NCBI GenBank assembly: GCA_964632485.1
Contig: CAZWDO010000012.1
Coordinates: 1-64,000, forward strand
Length of the DNA: 64,000 nucleotides
Direction of reading: 5' to 3'
Origin: an uncultured bacterium
GTDB taxonomy: Bacteria > JAGOEH01
Shown piece after piece: positions 1 through 11,105 of this stretch (position 1 is its first letter; every line of letters begins with the position of its first letter). The translations under genes and the position numbers were made by a program. Under the pieces are notes generated by a model. The model was not told the origin of the DNA and made no database searches. It was given only the letters and a program-made list of their open reading frames with translations.

Positions 1-71
1 GATTGCGCTTCGCGATTCGCGAAGGCGGACGTACGGTTGGCGCCGGTGTGGTTACTGAGATTATTGAATAG
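1..71 (+). CDS. tuf: Elongation factor Tu, C-terminal end (partial)
   Basis: The frame from base 3 reads LRFAIREGGRTVGAGVVTEIIE*, the conserved EF-Tu C-terminus, directly upstream of rpsJ. Confidence 0.97.
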   Translation, partial: LRFAIREGGRTVGAGVVTEIIE

Positions 72-88
72 GAAAGTGAGGCGATAAA

Positions 89-397
89 TTGAATAACCAG
101 AAGATCCGCATTCGTTTGAAAGCATTTGATGCCAATATGTTGGATCGTTCGACGTCGGATATTGTCCGGACCGCCCGAAAAACGGGAGCGCAAATTTCCG
201 GTCCCATTCCCCTGCCGACATGCCGTTCGATCTATACTGTATTGCGTTCACCCCATGTTGATAAAAAATCCCGTGAACAGTTTGAAATACGCGTTCACAA
301 GCGTTTAATCGAAATTACCGACACATCGGGTCAGACGATAACGGAACTCATGAATCTCGAGTTGCCGGCCGGTGTGGATATTGAAGTTAAGAGCTAA
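89..397 (+). CDS. rpsJ: 30S ribosomal protein S10
   Basis: [34 protein letters not shown] start. Confidence 0.99.
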   Translation: MNNQKIRIRLKAFDANMLDRSTSDIVRTARKTGAQISGPIPLPTCRSIYTVLRSPHVDKKSREQFEIRVHKRLIEITDTSGQTITELMNLELPAGVDIEVKS

Positions 398-426
398 GGT
401 AATTTCTAAACTAAGGTTGGTTGAAA

Positions 427-1053
427 ATGAAAGGCTTGATTGGCAAAAAAATTGGTATGACCCAAATTTTTGATGCAAATGGGCGCTTTGTACCGGTTAC
501 CGTGATCCAGGCAGGTCCTTGTTATGTGACGCAAGTCAAGAAACTGGAGATTGACGGTTATTCTGCCGTACAGCTTGGATTTGATAGTGTTCGGGAGAAG
601 GTGAAAACCAAAGCGGAAATGGGACATTTAAAAAAGGCCAATGTTCCCGCGGTACGAGTTCTCCATGAATTTGCGATTACTCCTGAGGAAGAGCAGCAAT
701 TAGCGTTGGGTCAGTCTTTGAGCGTGGATCTTTTTAATGCCGGCGCATTGGTTAAAGTGGTCGGTATTAGCAAAGGACGGGGATTTACGGGTGTTATGAA
801 ACGTCATGGATTTCATGGTGGCCGCGCCAGCCATGGCTCCAAGTTTCATCGGAAACCTTTTTCCATTGGTATGCATACTGATCCGGCGCGCGTATTCAAA
901 AACAAGAAGATGCCGGGGCATTATGGTACGGAACAAATTACCGTGCGCCGATTGAGAGTGGTCAATATCGATATGGACAAGCATATTATATTGGTCCAAG
1001 GCGCGATTCCCGGTCCCAAAAACGGTTACGTTTACGTAAAGCAAGATAATTAA
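427..1053 (+). CDS. rplC: 50S ribosomal protein L3
   Basis: GKKIGMTQIF, SKGRGFTGVMKRHGF; alternative TTG start at 421. Confidence 0.98.
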   Translation: MKGLIGKKIGMTQIFDANGRFVPVTVIQAGPCYVTQVKKLEIDGYSAVQLGFDSVREKVKTKAEMGHLKKANVPAVRVLHEFAITPEEEQQLALGQSLSVDLFNAGALVKVVGISKGRGFTGVMKRHGFHGGRASHGSKFHRKPFSIGMHTDPARVFKNKKMPGHYGTEQITVRRLRVVNIDMDKHIILVQGAIPGPKNGYVYVKQDN

Positions 1054-1067
1054 GGAGAACCGTAGTT

Positions 1068-1700
1068 ATGAAAGTCCCTGTATATTCAATTGAAGGCCAG
1101 CAGCTTCGGGAGATTGAGATGCCTGAGTCGATTTTCAATGCGGAAATCAACGAAGATTTAATTTATCGAAGTGTCGTGGTCTATTTAACTAATCAGCGGC
1201 AGGGAACAGCCAGTTGTCGGACCCGAACTATGACGTCCGGTAGTACGCGAAAGCCATTTCGGCAGAAGCATACCGGTCGGGCTCGCGCCGGTTCGGGCAA
1301 ATCTCCGCTCTGGATTGGCGGAGGTAAGACGTTTGGTCCTCACCCGCGTGATTATTCTAAGAAACTACCAAAAAAAATGCGTCAACTGGCCCTGTTTTCG
1401 GCTTTAAGCATGAAATTGCGCGACAATAAGATCAAAGTTGTCGAAGAATTCTCGCTGAATGAACCGAAAACGCGGCAAATCGCGTCAATTTTAAAAAATC
1501 TGATGGTGAACGAATCCGCTTGTTTATTGGTAACTCGCAATTCTGAACCTAATACTCTCAAATCCTGCCGAAATATTCCGAGTCTTCATTTAATGCAAGC
1601 AAATCTGATCAATACCTACCAACTACTCAAGAGCGATCATTTGTTGCTGACGACCGGCAGTATCGAGGTATTGCAGGAGGTATACGACCATGGCGCATGA
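1068..1700 (+). CDS. rplD: 50S ribosomal protein L4
   Basis: RQGTA, RKPFRQKHTGRARAGS, FGPHPRDY. Confidence 0.98.
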   Translation: MKVPVYSIEGQQLREIEMPESIFNAEINEDLIYRSVVVYLTNQRQGTASCRTRTMTSGSTRKPFRQKHTGRARAGSGKSPLWIGGGKTFGPHPRDYSKKLPKKMRQLALFSALSMKLRDNKIKVVEEFSLNEPKTRQIASILKNLMVNESACLLVTRNSEPNTLKSCRNIPSLHLMQANLINTYQLLKSDHLLLTTGSIEVLQEVYDHGA

Positions 1701-1989
1701 TTATCGTCGAATTATAGTGGCTCCTATTTTGAATGAAAAGGCGTTGGATCTGAAAGATCATTATAATGTCTATACGTTTAAAGTGATGAAAAATGCCAAC
1801 AAAATAATGATTCGGGAAGCTGTTGAACGTTTGTTCAATGTTACTGTGATTGCCGTAAACACCATGATAGTCAAGGGCAAAATCAAACGCCAGGGGCGGT
1901 ATGAGGGTAAACGCCCGGACTGGAAGAAGGCCATGGTTAAATTGTCGGTGGATCAGACCATTGAAGCGTTTAATATTGGTGGCTCGTAA
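1690..1989 (+). CDS. rplW: 50S ribosomal protein L23
   Basis: ANKIMIREAVERLFNV, WKKAMVKL; operon position. Confidence 0.97.
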   Translation: MAHDYRRIIVAPILNEKALDLKDHYNVYTFKVMKNANKIMIREAVERLFNVTVIAVNTMIVKGKIKRQGRYEGKRPDWKKAMVKLSVDQTIEAFNIGGS

Positions 1990-2008
1990 TTAAGCAAAGG
2001 AACAGAAA

Positions 2009-2825
2009 ATGGCACTGAAAACCTACGACCCCGACATTACGCTTTACCCAATTGGTCAATAGTAGCGAGATTACCTGTGATACACCGGAACGCTCATTAG
2101 TGATCAAGCTGAAAAAATCCGATGGTCGGAATAATCTGGGTCGCGTTACATCCCGTCGTCGGGGGGCTGGACACAAGCGTTTATATCGAATGATTGATTT
2201 TAAACGCAATAAATTCAATGTTCCCGGTAAAGTGGCAACCATTGAGTATGATCCTTATCGGACCGCGAATATCGCTCTGGTACATTATACAGATGGTGAA
2301 AAACGGTATATCCTGGCCCCGGTTGGAATCCGAGTGGGCGACCAGGTAGTATCGGGCAGCGGGGCGGAAATTAAAGTCGGGAATACTCTGCCCCTTTCCA
2401 GTATCCCTTTAGGAACGGTGATTCATAATATTGAGCTGAAACCCGGAAAAGGCGGACAGTTAGCGCGTTCAGCCGGAGCCGGCGCTCAGATTATCGCCAA
2501 GGAAGGCCGGTATGTCCATGTTCGGCTCAATTCCTCCGAAGTCCGGTTGATCTTGGACAATTGTCTGGCAACGATCGGACAAGTCGGCAACACCGACCAT
2601 ATCAATGAAAGCTTAGGAAAAGCCGGCCGTAGTCGCTGGATGAACCGACGTCCGAAAGTGCGCGGCGTAGCAATGAACCCGATCGATCATCCGATGGGTG
2701 GTGGAGAAGGACGCACCTCCGGAGGCGGACATCCTCGTACACCTTGGGGAAAACCCACTAAGGGCTACAAAACCCGTAAAAAGAGAAAAGCCTCGAACAA
2801 ATTGATAGTTAAACGTCGGAAATAA
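2009..2825 (+). CDS. rplB: 50S ribosomal protein L2, with an apparent frameshift near codon 6-7 (probably an assembly artefact)
   Basis: ATG at 2009 reads MALKTY, then L2 continues in another frame ([16 protein letters not shown]...GRNNLGRVT...[17 protein letters not shown]). Confidence 0.95.
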
Positions 2826-2842
2826 AAAAAGAGGGTGTGACG

Positions 2843-3145
2843 ATGCCAAGATCACTGAAAAAGGGACCTTTTATAGATCCCCGAGTTAAAAATAAAGTGG
2901 ATGAACTCAATGTTAAGAATGACAAAAAGGTGATTAAAACCTGGTCCAGGGCCTGTATGATCGCTCCGGACTTCGTGCGTCACACNNNNNNNNNNGTTCA
3001 CAATGGCAATAAGTTCATTCCGGTATTTGTAACTGAAAATATGGTCGGCCATCGCTTGGGTGAATTTGCGCCAACCCGCACATTTCGCGGTCATGGTGGC
3101 AAATTGGCTGAGCGTTTAGGCAAGGGCCGGGTTATAGGAAGATAA
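2843..3145 (+). CDS. rpsS: 30S ribosomal protein S19 (spans the N gap at 2986-2995)
   Basis: [34 protein letters not shown]. Confidence 0.97.
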   Translation: MPRSLKKGPFIDPRVKNKVDELNVKNDKKVIKTWSRACMIAPDFVRHXXXXVHNGNKFIPVFVTENMVGHRLGEFAPTRTFRGHGGKLAERLGKGRVIGR

Positions 3146-3151
3146 GAGGAA

Positions 3152-3532
3152 ATGACCATGGAAAAAAAGAACGAACCGATACAAGCTCATGCTGTTGCCC
3201 GCTATTTGCGGACATCGCCCTATAAAGCCCGCCAGGTAGCAGACCTAGTTCGTGGGAAAAATGTCGTCCAGGCTCTGGCGATTTTAAACCACACCAATCG
3301 TAAGGCCGCCGGGTTTATCCACAAAGCCTTGCAATCTGCCGTCGCTAATATTAGTAACATTCCGAATGTTAACACCCGCAATACGAATGATTGGATTGTC
3401 TATCGGATCATGGTGGATGAAGGTCCGACCATGAAGAGAGTCAGTCCCCGTTCAATGGGTCGCGCATTTCGCATTCGGAAACGGACCAGCCATATAACCG
3501 TCGTTGTAGCTGAACCTTCAAACAAGGAGTAA
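3152..3532 (+). CDS. rplV: 50S ribosomal protein L22
   Basis: SPYKARQVADLVRGK, VDEGPTMKR, RKRTSHITVVV. Confidence 0.98.
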   Translation: MTMEKKNEPIQAHAVARYLRTSPYKARQVADLVRGKNVVQALAILNHTNRKAAGFIHKALQSAVANISNIPNVNTRNTNDWIVYRIMVDEGPTMKRVSPRSMGRAFRIRKRTSHITVVVAEPSNKE

Positions 3533-3536
3533 TCGA

Positions 3537-4220
3537 TTGGGACAGAAGACGAACCCCATCGGTTTGCGCTTAGGCATTACCAGGACCTGGGAGTCCCGAT
3601 GGTTTTTATCGAAATCCATGAAGGATTCATTGGTAGAGGATCGAAAAATACGTAATTATATCAAAAATCGCGTATTGAATGCCTCGATTTCACGCATTGA
3701 AATCGAAAAATCGCCGAACCGGATTTCATTGACGATTTTTACAGCCCGACCGGGAGTAATCATCGGTAAAAAAGGCAAGGAAGTGGATAAACTACGTGAT
3801 GAGCTGCATCATGTATTTAATAAGGAAATCGTCATTAACATTTCCGAAATTGACAAACCGGAGATCGATGCCATGCTGGTTGCGGATAACATGGCGCGTC
3901 AGATTGAGCAGCGCGTAAATTTTCGCCGCGCCATGAAACGGGCGATTCAGCAAGCGATGATGTCCGGAGCCGATGGAATTAAAATTTCCTGCGGCGGACG
4001 TTTGGCCGGAGCAGAAATCGCCCGGACCGAACACTATCATCAAGGCCGGGTTCCCCTGCAGACTTTGCGGGCGAATATCGATTATGCCCGGGCGACTGCC
4101 ATTACTACCTATGGTTGTATTGGGATCAAGGTTTGGATATGTAAAGGTGAAGTATTAAATCGCCGAGAATTGACCGAATACGGTCGTAAAAACGAACAAC
4201 ATTCGGGCGGAGGAAAGTAA
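3537..4220 (+). CDS. rpsC: 30S ribosomal protein S3
   Basis: MGQKTNPIGLRLG, ARPGVIIGKKG, GRVPLQTLRANIDY. Confidence 0.99.
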   Translation: MGQKTNPIGLRLGITRTWESRWFLSKSMKDSLVEDRKIRNYIKNRVLNASISRIEIEKSPNRISLTIFTARPGVIIGKKGKEVDKLRDELHHVFNKEIVINISEIDKPEIDAMLVADNMARQIEQRVNFRRAMKRAIQQAMMSGADGIKISCGGRLAGAEIARTEHYHQGRVPLQTLRANIDYARATAITTYGCIGIKVWICKGEVLNRRELTEYGRKNEQHSGGGK

Positions 4221-4223
4221 ACT

Positions 4224-4634
4224 ATGTTAATGCCAAAACGAGTGAAATATCGTAAACAGCAGCGAGGACGCATGACAGGACTCGCTTGGCGCGGGAGCCA
4301 GATGAGTTTTGGCGAATTTGGAATCAAAGCGCTTGAATGCGGATGGATTACCAATCGTCAAATTGAAGCGGCCCGTGTCTCGATTATGCGTCATGTTAAG
4401 CGTGGAGGAAAACTATGGATTCGCATTTTTCCGGACAAGCCCTATACGAAAAAACCAGCGGAAACCCGCATGGGTAAAGGTAAAGGAGCTCCTGAAGGAT
4501 GGGTTGCTGTCGTTCGTCCCGGACGCATGATGTTTGAAATCGAAGGAGTCACGGAAGATGTGGCGCGCGAAGCCCTCCGTCTGGCCTCGCATAAGCTACC
4601 GATTAAAACCAAATTTGTAACCCGTATCAGTTGA
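4224..4634 (+). CDS. rplP: 50S ribosomal protein L16
   Basis: [28 protein letters not shown]. Confidence 0.99.
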   Translation: MLMPKRVKYRKQQRGRMTGLAWRGSQMSFGEFGIKALECGWITNRQIEAARVSIMRHVKRGGKLWIRIFPDKPYTKKPAETRMGKGKGAPEGWVAVVRPGRMMFEIEGVTEDVAREALRLASHKLPIKTKFVTRIS

Positions 4635-4644
4635 GGTGGTTGCG

Positions 4645-4842
4645 ATGAAAGTGCACGAATTAAGAGCAATGAGTGAAATGGAATTAAGCAACCATTTGGA
4701 AGACCTGAAAGAAGTGTTGTTTAATTTGCGTTTTCAACATGCGACACGACAAGATCCCAGCCCTATCCGTTTACGATTGCTGCGCCGGCAAATTTCGCAA
4801 GTCTTGACGATTATAACGGAAAAGCAAAAAAAGATTGGATAG
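4645..4842 (+). CDS. rpmC: 50S ribosomal protein L29
   Basis: ELR..S..EL...L..LK..LFNLRFQ; operon position. Confidence 0.95.
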   Translation: MKVHELRAMSEMELSNHLEDLKEVLFNLRFQHATRQDPSPIRLRLLRRQISQVLTIITEKQKKIG

Positions 4843-4852
4843 GAGCTCAGAG

Positions 4853-5122
4853 ATGGAAACGAGAAATCGACGTAAAGTACGTGTCGGAACTGTTGTATCT
4901 GATAAAATGGATAAAACCGTCGTGGTGCGCGTCGAACGACAGTTCAAACATCCACTTTATGGTAAAGTGGTTAAAAAATCTACCAAATTTAAAGCCCATG
5001 ATGAAAAAAATCAATGTCAGACTGGTGATTTAGTTAAAATTATGGAAACCCGCCCCTTAAGTCGCACCAAACGCTGGCGGGTAGTGGAAATTTTAACGAC
5101 CGTCAACCCCGATTTACAGTAA
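4853..5122 (+). CDS. rpsQ: 30S ribosomal protein S17
   Basis: [31 protein letters not shown]. Confidence 0.98.
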   Translation: METRNRRKVRVGTVVSDKMDKTVVVRVERQFKHPLYGKVVKKSTKFKAHDEKNQCQTGDLVKIMETRPLSRTKRWRVVEILTTVNPDLQ

Positions 5123-5133
5123 GGTGAAGCGTT

Positions 5134-5502
5134 ATGATTCAGAAATTTACCAGGCTAAAAGTAGCTGATAATTCCGGAGCCAGAGAAGTGATGTGTATCA
5201 ATATTTTAGGTGGCACGCGACACCGCTATGCCTCGATTGGTGATATCATTGTGGTTTCGGTAAAAGATGCGATTCCGACGGCAACCGTTCCCCGTAAAAA
5301 AGTGGTTAAAGCGGTGATCGTCAGAACTAAACGGGAGGTGCGGCGTGTGGACGGCACCTATATTCGGTTCGATGATAATGCGGTTGTCCTCCTGAATAAC
5401 AATTTGGAGCCGATTGGAACCCGTATTTTCGGCCCCGTGGCTCGTGAATTGCGCGCCCGAAATTTCATGAAAATCATATCCCTGGCTCCTGAAGTGATTT
5501 AA
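5134..5502 (+). CDS. rplN: 50S ribosomal protein L14
   Basis: [29 protein letters not shown]. Confidence 0.99.
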   Translation: MIQKFTRLKVADNSGAREVMCINILGGTRHRYASIGDIIVVSVKDAIPTATVPRKKVVKAVIVRTKREVRRVDGTYIRFDDNAVVLLNNNLEPIGTRIFGPVARELRARNFMKIISLAPEVI

Positions 5503-5506
5503 GGAG

Positions 5507-5845
5507 ATGAATATGAAACTCAATATTGCTAAAAATGATACCGTAGTCGTCGTTTCCGGCAAGTATGCCGGTGTTAAGGGACGCGTTTTAAAGGTTTATC
5601 CCAAAGTGGGACGAATCATCGTTGAAGGTGTTAATTTTGTCAAACGCCATTTAAAACCCGGTCAAAAAGGGATGCAAGCCGGCGGGATTGTGGAACGCGA
5701 AGCGCCCATTCATGCCGCAAAAGTGATGCTTTATTGCGGCCATTGCGACCGGCCTGTTCGAATCAACCACAAGCAGCTCGAGGATGGCAAACATGTCCGC
5801 ATTTGTAATAAATGCCAGGAAATGCTAACCTCAAATGCCAAATGA
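5507..5845 (+). CDS. rplX: 50S ribosomal protein L24
   Basis: KOW motif DTVVVVSGK..G..GRV, VEGVN, EAPIH. Confidence 0.97.
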   Translation: MNMKLNIAKNDTVVVVSGKYAGVKGRVLKVYPKVGRIIVEGVNFVKRHLKPGQKGMQAGGIVEREAPIHAAKVMLYCGHCDRPVRINHKQLEDGKHVRICNKCQEMLTSNAK

Positions 5846-5858
5846 ATAGGAACCGTGT

Positions 5859-6401
5859 ATGGAAAGACTAAAAGATATATATGCGAGAGATATCCGGGCC
5901 AATTTGCAGAAAGAGTACAATTACAAGTCTGTGATGCAAATTCCCCGCTTAGAGAAGATTGTTCTCAATATGGGCGTGGGTGAGGCGAGCCAAAACATTA
6001 AACTGTTGGATAATGCCCTGGCGGAAATGAAACTGATCGCCGGGCAAAAACCGGTGATGCGCCGCGCGAAAAAATCCATATCCAATTTTAAACTACGTAA
6101 AAACATGCCCATTGGATGCAGTGTAACCATTCGAAGAGAACGCATGTTTGAATTCCTCGAACGCTTCATCAATATCGCCATACCCCGTGTCCGCGATTTC
6201 CGCGGTTTCCCTCAAAAAGGGTTTGATGGTCGGGGTAATTATTCTCTCGGTATTCGGGAACAGATCATTTTCCCTGAAATCGATTATGATAAGGTGGAAC
6301 AGATACGGGGAATGAATATTACTTTTGTTACGTCGGCCAAAAGCGATGCCGAGGCCTTTAGTTTGTTAAAGAACCTGGGATTCCCATTCCGTACGAAATA
6401 G
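5859..6401 (+). CDS. rplE: 50S ribosomal protein L5
   Basis: [25 protein letters not shown]. Confidence 0.99.
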   Translation: MERLKDIYARDIRANLQKEYNYKSVMQIPRLEKIVLNMGVGEASQNIKLLDNALAEMKLIAGQKPVMRRAKKSISNFKLRKNMPIGCSVTIRRERMFEFLERFINIAIPRVRDFRGFPQKGFDGRGNYSLGIREQIIFPEIDYDKVEQIRGMNITFVTSAKSDAEAFSLLKNLGFPFRTK

Positions 6402-6410
6402 GAGGATGCT

Positions 6411-6596
6411 TTGGCTAAGAAATCGTTGATTTATAAAGCAATGCGTAAACCCAAATTCAGTACACGCAAATACAACCGGTGTACCATGTGTGGGCGTCCC
6501 CGCGCCTATTACCGCCGGTTTGGTGTTTGCCGTATCTGTTTTCGTGATTTGGCCTTGAATGGAAAAATTCCGGGTGTAACCAAAGCCAGCTGGTAA
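6411..6596 (+). CDS. rpsN: 30S ribosomal protein S14, short zinc-binding type
   Basis: 61 aa; RCTMCGRPR...CRICFR...IPGVTKASW. Confidence 0.98.
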   Translation: MAKKSLIYKAMRKPKFSTRKYNRCTMCGRPRAYYRRFGVCRICFRDLALNGKIPGVTKASW

Positions 6597-6607
6597 GGAG
6601 AAATGCT

Positions 6608-7006
6608 ATGAGTATGACTGACCCCATTGCCGATATGCTGACGCGCATTCGGAATGCTTTCGGGGCTCACCATAAAAAAGTTGAAGTCCCCGCTTCAAAA
6701 TTAAAGCGTAATATTGTCGATTTGTTGTATCGAGAAGGATTTATTGCCGGTTATAAATATATTCCCGATCAGAAACAGGGGATGCTCGAAATATTTATCA
6801 AATATTCCAATGATGGCATGTGCGTTATCAGCGGCTTGAAACGAGTATCCACTCCGGGTTTGAAGATTTATCGCGAAACGGATCGGTTGCCCCGCGTTTT
6901 GAGCGGCTTGGGCGTAGCGGTAATCTCTACTAATCGGGGATTAATGACGGATCACCAATGCCGCAGAGAAAATCTCGGTGGTGAAGTCCTCTTTTATATT
7001 TGGTAA
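6608..7006 (+). CDS. rpsH: 30S ribosomal protein S8
   Basis: [19 protein letters not shown]. Confidence 0.99.
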   Translation: MSMTDPIADMLTRIRNAFGAHHKKVEVPASKLKRNIVDLLYREGFIAGYKYIPDQKQGMLEIFIKYSNDGMCVISGLKRVSTPGLKIYRETDRLPRVLSGLGVAVISTNRGLMTDHQCRRENLGGEVLFYIW

Positions 7007-7019
7007 AAAGGAGCGTACC

Positions 7020-7559
7020 ATGTCACGAATAGGAAAACTTCCCATCTCACTTCCCGAGGGAGCCCAGGTATCGGTTGAAAATGAACTGATTACAGTTAAA
7101 GGGAAACTTGGTACCTTAGAAATGAAAAAAATGCCGCAGGTGATGATCCGCCAGGAAGAGAAAACGATCGTTGTTGAACGCAACGATAACACCCAAAAGT
7201 CCCGAGCCGTTCACGGCTTGACCCGCGCGCTGCTCAATAATCTGATTGTCGGCGTCAGCGAAGGTTTTACCCGTGAATTGGAAATTACCGGTGTCGGATA
7301 TAATGTGAAACTGTTTCAAAACAGTCTGATCATTACCGTCGGTTTTTCACATTCTATTTTTTTTAGAATGCCACAGGGTATCACCGCCGAAGTGCCCGAT
7401 CCTACTCGAATTGTGATCAAAGGAATTGATAAACATTTAGTAGGTCAGGTATCGGCCAATATCCGCCGTATCCGTCCGCCTGAACCGTATAAAGGCAAGG
7501 GCATTCGTTTTAAAGGCGAAGTGATTCGTCGTAAAGCCGGTAAAACCGCTGGTAAATAA
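7020..7559 (+). CDS. rplF: 50S ribosomal protein L6
   Basis: MSRIGKLPI, PPEPYKGKGIR. Confidence 0.98.
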   Translation: MSRIGKLPISLPEGAQVSVENELITVKGKLGTLEMKKMPQVMIRQEEKTIVVERNDNTQKSRAVHGLTRALLNNLIVGVSEGFTRELEITGVGYNVKLFQNSLIITVGFSHSIFFRMPQGITAEVPDPTRIVIKGIDKHLVGQVSANIRRIRPPEPYKGKGIRFKGEVIRRKAGKTAGK

Positions 7560-7578
7560 TCGTTTAACAGGAAAATGA

Positions 7579-7944
7579 ATGATGAGTCACACATATTCGA
7601 AAAATAATATGCGAAAAAAACGGCATATTAGCATCCGTAAAAAAATTAACGGCACCCCGGAACGTCCCCGGTTGGTAGTCTTTCGTAGCTTGAAATATAT
7701 CTACGCCCAACTGGTGGATGATGTCAATCGTAAAACCCTGATGTCATTGGGCAGTTTAGCCCAGGACCTGCGCGACCAGAAAACGAACAAAACCGAAGCC
7801 AGCAAGACAGTCGGCAAATTGATCGCCGAGAAAGCGAAAGCGATGGGTATTCTGTCGGTTGTGTTTGATCGAAATGGATATGTATATCACGGTCGAGTGA
7901 AAGCGTTAGCCGATGGCGCGCGTGAGGGTGGATTGAATTTCTAA
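7579..7944 (+). CDS. rplR: 50S ribosomal protein L18
   Basis: [35 protein letters not shown]. Confidence 0.98.
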   Translation: MMSHTYSKNNMRKKRHISIRKKINGTPERPRLVVFRSLKYIYAQLVDDVNRKTLMSLGSLAQDLRDQKTNKTEASKTVGKLIAEKAKAMGILSVVFDRNGYVYHGRVKALADGAREGGLNF

Positions 7945-7967
7945 CTTATTAACGTGAGGGTATAAAA

Positions 7968-8474
7968 TTGGCTAAAGAGAAAAGAGCTGAAAGTCAAGAT
8001 CAATTGATTGAAAAGGTGATCCACATTAGCCGTGTGGCCAAAGTAGTCAAAGGTGGACGCCGTTTTTCTTTTTCCGCATTGGTAGCGATTGGCGATGGCA
8101 ATGGCCGAGTGGGTCTGGGACTGGGAAAAGCCAATGAAGTCTCGGACGCAATACGTAAAGGACGCGAACAAGCCAGAGTGAACATGGTGCAAATCGCGAT
8201 CCATCGGACAACGATTCCCCATGAAATACTGGGACATTGCGGGGCGGGCAAGGTTTTATTGAAGCCCGCTACCGAAGGTACGGGCGTTATCGCTGGCGGA
8301 CCGGTCCGTTCGGTTTTGGAAGCGGCCGGAGTACACGATATTTTAACGAAATCACTGGGTTCTAACAATCCCCACAACATGGCCAAAGCGACCTGGATGG
8401 GACTGCAAAAACTGCGAACGGCCGGTGATATCAGCCGGACACGCAATCGTTCCACCCGGGAAATTTTGGGATAA
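7968..8474 (+). CDS. rpsE: 30S ribosomal protein S5
   Basis: [29 protein letters not shown]. Confidence 0.99.
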   Translation: MAKEKRAESQDQLIEKVIHISRVAKVVKGGRRFSFSALVAIGDGNGRVGLGLGKANEVSDAIRKGREQARVNMVQIAIHRTTIPHEILGHCGAGKVLLKPATEGTGVIAGGPVRSVLEAAGVHDILTKSLGSNNPHNMAKATWMGLQKLRTAGDISRTRNRSTREILG

Positions 8475-8487
8475 GAGGTACGCCAAC

Positions 8488-8670
8488 ATGTCAAAACTAC
8501 GCATAACACAGATTCATAGCGCGATCCGTCGTCCCGGGAAACAGAAGAAAACGTTACAAGCCTTAGGATTGCGGAAACTCAATTACTATGTGGAACATGA
8601 AGATACCCCGACGATTCGGGGAATGGTTCAAAAAATTTCCCACTTGTTGAAAGTGGAAAAATTCGATTAA
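8488..8670 (+). CDS. rpmD: 50S ribosomal protein L30
   Basis: LRITQIHSAI, TLQALGLRK, IRGMVQKISHLL. Confidence 0.96.
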   Translation: MSKLRITQIHSAIRRPGKQKKTLQALGLRKLNYYVEHEDTPTIRGMVQKISHLLKVEKFD

Positions 8671-8685
8671 GCGAGGAGATCAGTC

Positions 8686-9123
8686 ATGCTCGATCAATTA
8701 AAAAAATTTCGTGGGAGACGAACGAAAAAACGTCTCGGACGGGGCGATGGTTCCGGTTGGGGCCATACGGCCGGCAAAGGCCATAAAGGCGCAAAAGCCC
8801 GTTCCGGTTATAGCACACAAGCGCAATTCGAGGGTGGGCAGATGCCGATTTCCCGCCGATTTCCGAAACGAGGATTTACAAACATTTTTAAAACTACGTT
8901 TCAGGTTGTCAATGTTGGAAATCTGGCAGATAAATACTCCGAGGGAGATGTTGTAGATTTCGAATCGCTTTTAGCTAATCGGTTGATCCGAAAAACCAAT
9001 TTGCCGGTAAAAATTTTGGGTAACGGCGAAATAACGACTAATCTGACAGTACGGGCACACGCCTTCAGTCAAAGCGCCATCCAGAAAATTACGCAGGCCG
9101 GCGGTCAAACTGAGGAGGTTTAA
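8686..9123 (+). CDS. rplO: 50S ribosomal protein L15
   Basis: GRGDGSGWGHTAGKGHKG, FEGGQMP. Confidence 0.98.
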   Translation: MLDQLKKFRGRRTKKRLGRGDGSGWGHTAGKGHKGAKARSGYSTQAQFEGGQMPISRRFPKRGFTNIFKTTFQVVNVGNLADKYSEGDVVDFESLLANRLIRKTNLPVKILGNGEITTNLTVRAHAFSQSAIQKITQAGGQTEEV

Positions 9124-10458
9124 TTGTTCAAGAGTTTTGCCAATGTGTTCCGCATTCCGGAACTACGGAAACGCATCCTCTATACCCTTGGGCTGATCGT
9201 CGTTTTTCGAATTGGCGGCCATATTCCGATCCCGGGAATTAATACTGCCGCGTTAGGCGATTTTTTCGCCAATCAACAGGGGGGCCTGTTCGGTGTCTTT
9301 GATATGTTTACGGGAGGGGCTTTGCAACGCGCGACAATTTTTGCGCTGGGTATCATGCCTTATATCTCCGCTTCAATTATACTGCAAATGCTGGGCGCTG
9401 TCTTCCCTTATTATCAAAAACTCCAGCAAATGGGCGAAGAAGGACGGAAAAAAATTAACCAGCATACGCGTTATTTTACGGTGATACTCAGTCTGGTACA
9501 AGCCTTCGGTATCACGGTCTGGTTGCGCAGTATGGAGACCCAAACGGGTAAAGTTGTTCTGGCTGAAGGTGTATTTGAAGTAGCTTTCTTTACGCTGATG
9601 AGTATGATCACCTTTACTGCCGGTACGATTTTTATTATGTGGCTTGGGGAGCAGATCACGGAACGTGGAATCGGCAATGGGATTTCACTGCTGATTATGG
9701 TTGGCATTGTCGATCGGTTTCCAAGTTCAATTGCTACCGAGGTCAGCAAAATGATTAATGGGTTGATGAGTCCCATTACCATGCTTGTGCTGATTGCTCT
9801 ATTTGTTGTTGTTGTGGCGGCCGTGGTTTTGTTGAATGACGGTACGCGAAAGATTCCAGTTCAGTATGCCAAGCGAGTGATTGGCGGAAAAATGTATGGC
9901 GGGCAAAATACTTATATTCCTCTGAAAGTGAACACTTCCGGAGTTATCCCCATTATTTTTGCTCAGTCTATTCTGTTTTTTCCTCAAACGATCGCTTCAT
10001 TCTTTCCGGACACCGATTTCATGCAGACTTTTGCCACGCTTTTTTCGTACCAACACTGGTTTTATTGGTTAGTATATTCATTGATGATTGTATTTTTTGC
10101 CTATTTTTACACAGCGATTGTTTTCAATCCGGTGGATTTGGCGGAAAATATGAAACGCAATGGAGGGTTTGTTCCCGGTGTCCGTCCAGGGAAACCGACC
10201 GCGACCTTTATCGATTACGTGTTGACGAGAATTACCTTGCCCGGGTCAATTGCTCTGGCATTGGTAGCGGTTTTCCCGTATATGATCATGAACTGGATGA
10301 ACGTCGATTATGGATTCGCTTCATTTTTTGGTGGTACTGGTTTGTTGATCGTGGTGGGTGTGGCTTTGGATACTCTGCAACAAATTGAGAGTCATTTAAC
10401 CATGCGTCATTATGAGACGTTTTTAAAAAGTGGTAAAATGAGAGGTAGGAGAGGCTGA
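9124..10458 (+). CDS. secY: Preprotein translocase subunit SecY
   Basis: IFALGIMPYISASII, WLGEQITERGIGNGISL, FGGTGLLIVVGV. Confidence 0.99.
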   Translation: MFKSFANVFRIPELRKRILYTLGLIVVFRIGGHIPIPGINTAALGDFFANQQGGLFGVFDMFTGGALQRATIFALGIMPYISASIILQMLGAVFPYYQKLQQMGEEGRKKINQHTRYFTVILSLVQAFGITVWLRSMETQTGKVVLAEGVFEVAFFTLMSMITFTAGTIFIMWLGEQITERGIGNGISLLIMVGIVDRFPSSIATEVSKMINGLMSPITMLVLIALFVVVVAAVVLLNDGTRKIPVQYAKRVIGGKMYGGQNTYIPLKVNTSGVIPIIFAQSILFFPQTIASFFPDTDFMQTFATLFSYQHWFYWLVYSLMIVFFAYFYTAIVFNPVDLAENMKRNGGFVPGVRPGKPTATFIDYVLTRITLPGSIALALVAVFPYMIMNWMNVDYGFASFFGGTGLLIVVGVALDTLQQIESHLTMRHYETFLKSGKMRGRRG

Positions 10459-11105
10459 TGATGTTGATTTTATTAGGCGCTCCCGGAGCAGGGAAAGGGA
10501 GTGTTGCGGCTCATCTGGTGAATGCGTTTAAAATACCGCATATTTCCACGGGCGATATTCTTCGTGATCATATTTCCCGTGATACTGACTTGGGCCGACG
10601 GGTCAAAAGCTATACTCAAGCCGGGCAATTAGTGCCGGATGAGGTGATTTTGGCTTTAGTGGAGGATCGTCTTAAACAAGCTGATTGCGCCCGGGGATTC
10701 CTTTTTGACGGGTTCCCCCGGACACTGGCGCAAGCGGAAGGATTATCCCGGTTGTTATCCGACCATCAGCTAAGTTTGACAAAAGTGGTGAATTTGGTCG
10801 TGGGAAACGACATCATCATTCAACGATTGGTCAATCGTCGCGTATGTTCCCAATGCAAAGCGATTTATAATTTAGTGAATAAACCGCCGCGCCAGGAAGC
10901 ATTATGCGATGTTTGTCATAGCCCTCTCGAACATCGGGCGGATGACCGACTGGAAGTCATTCAGAACCGATTGAGCGTCTATGAGATTCAGACTAAACCG
11001 TTGATTGAGTATTACACGCAGCTTCAATTGGTTTTTTCGATTGATGCCACTGCGAGTCCCGAAGAAAATTTCAAAATTATCCAAGAGGAAATCGTCGGAA
11101 AGTAA
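10458..11105 (+). CDS. adk: Adenylate kinase with a Cys-containing zinc lid
   Basis: GAPGAGKG, HISTGDILR, DGFPRT, CSQC...CDVC. Confidence 0.98.
   Translation: MMLILLGAPGAGKGSVAAHLVNAFKIPHISTGDILRDHISRDTDLGRRVKSYTQAGQLVPDEVILALVEDRLKQADCARGFLFDGFPRTLAQAEGLSRLLSDHQLSLTKVVNLVVGNDIIIQRLVNRRVCSQCKAIYNLVNKPPRQEALCDVCHSPLEHRADDRLEVIQNRLSVYEIQTKPLIEYYTQLQLVFSIDATASPEENFKIIQEEIVGK

Noticed and set aside
2975-2995. rpsS reads FVRH instead of the conserved FVGH
   Set aside because: It lies directly beside an N gap, so the base calls are unreliable
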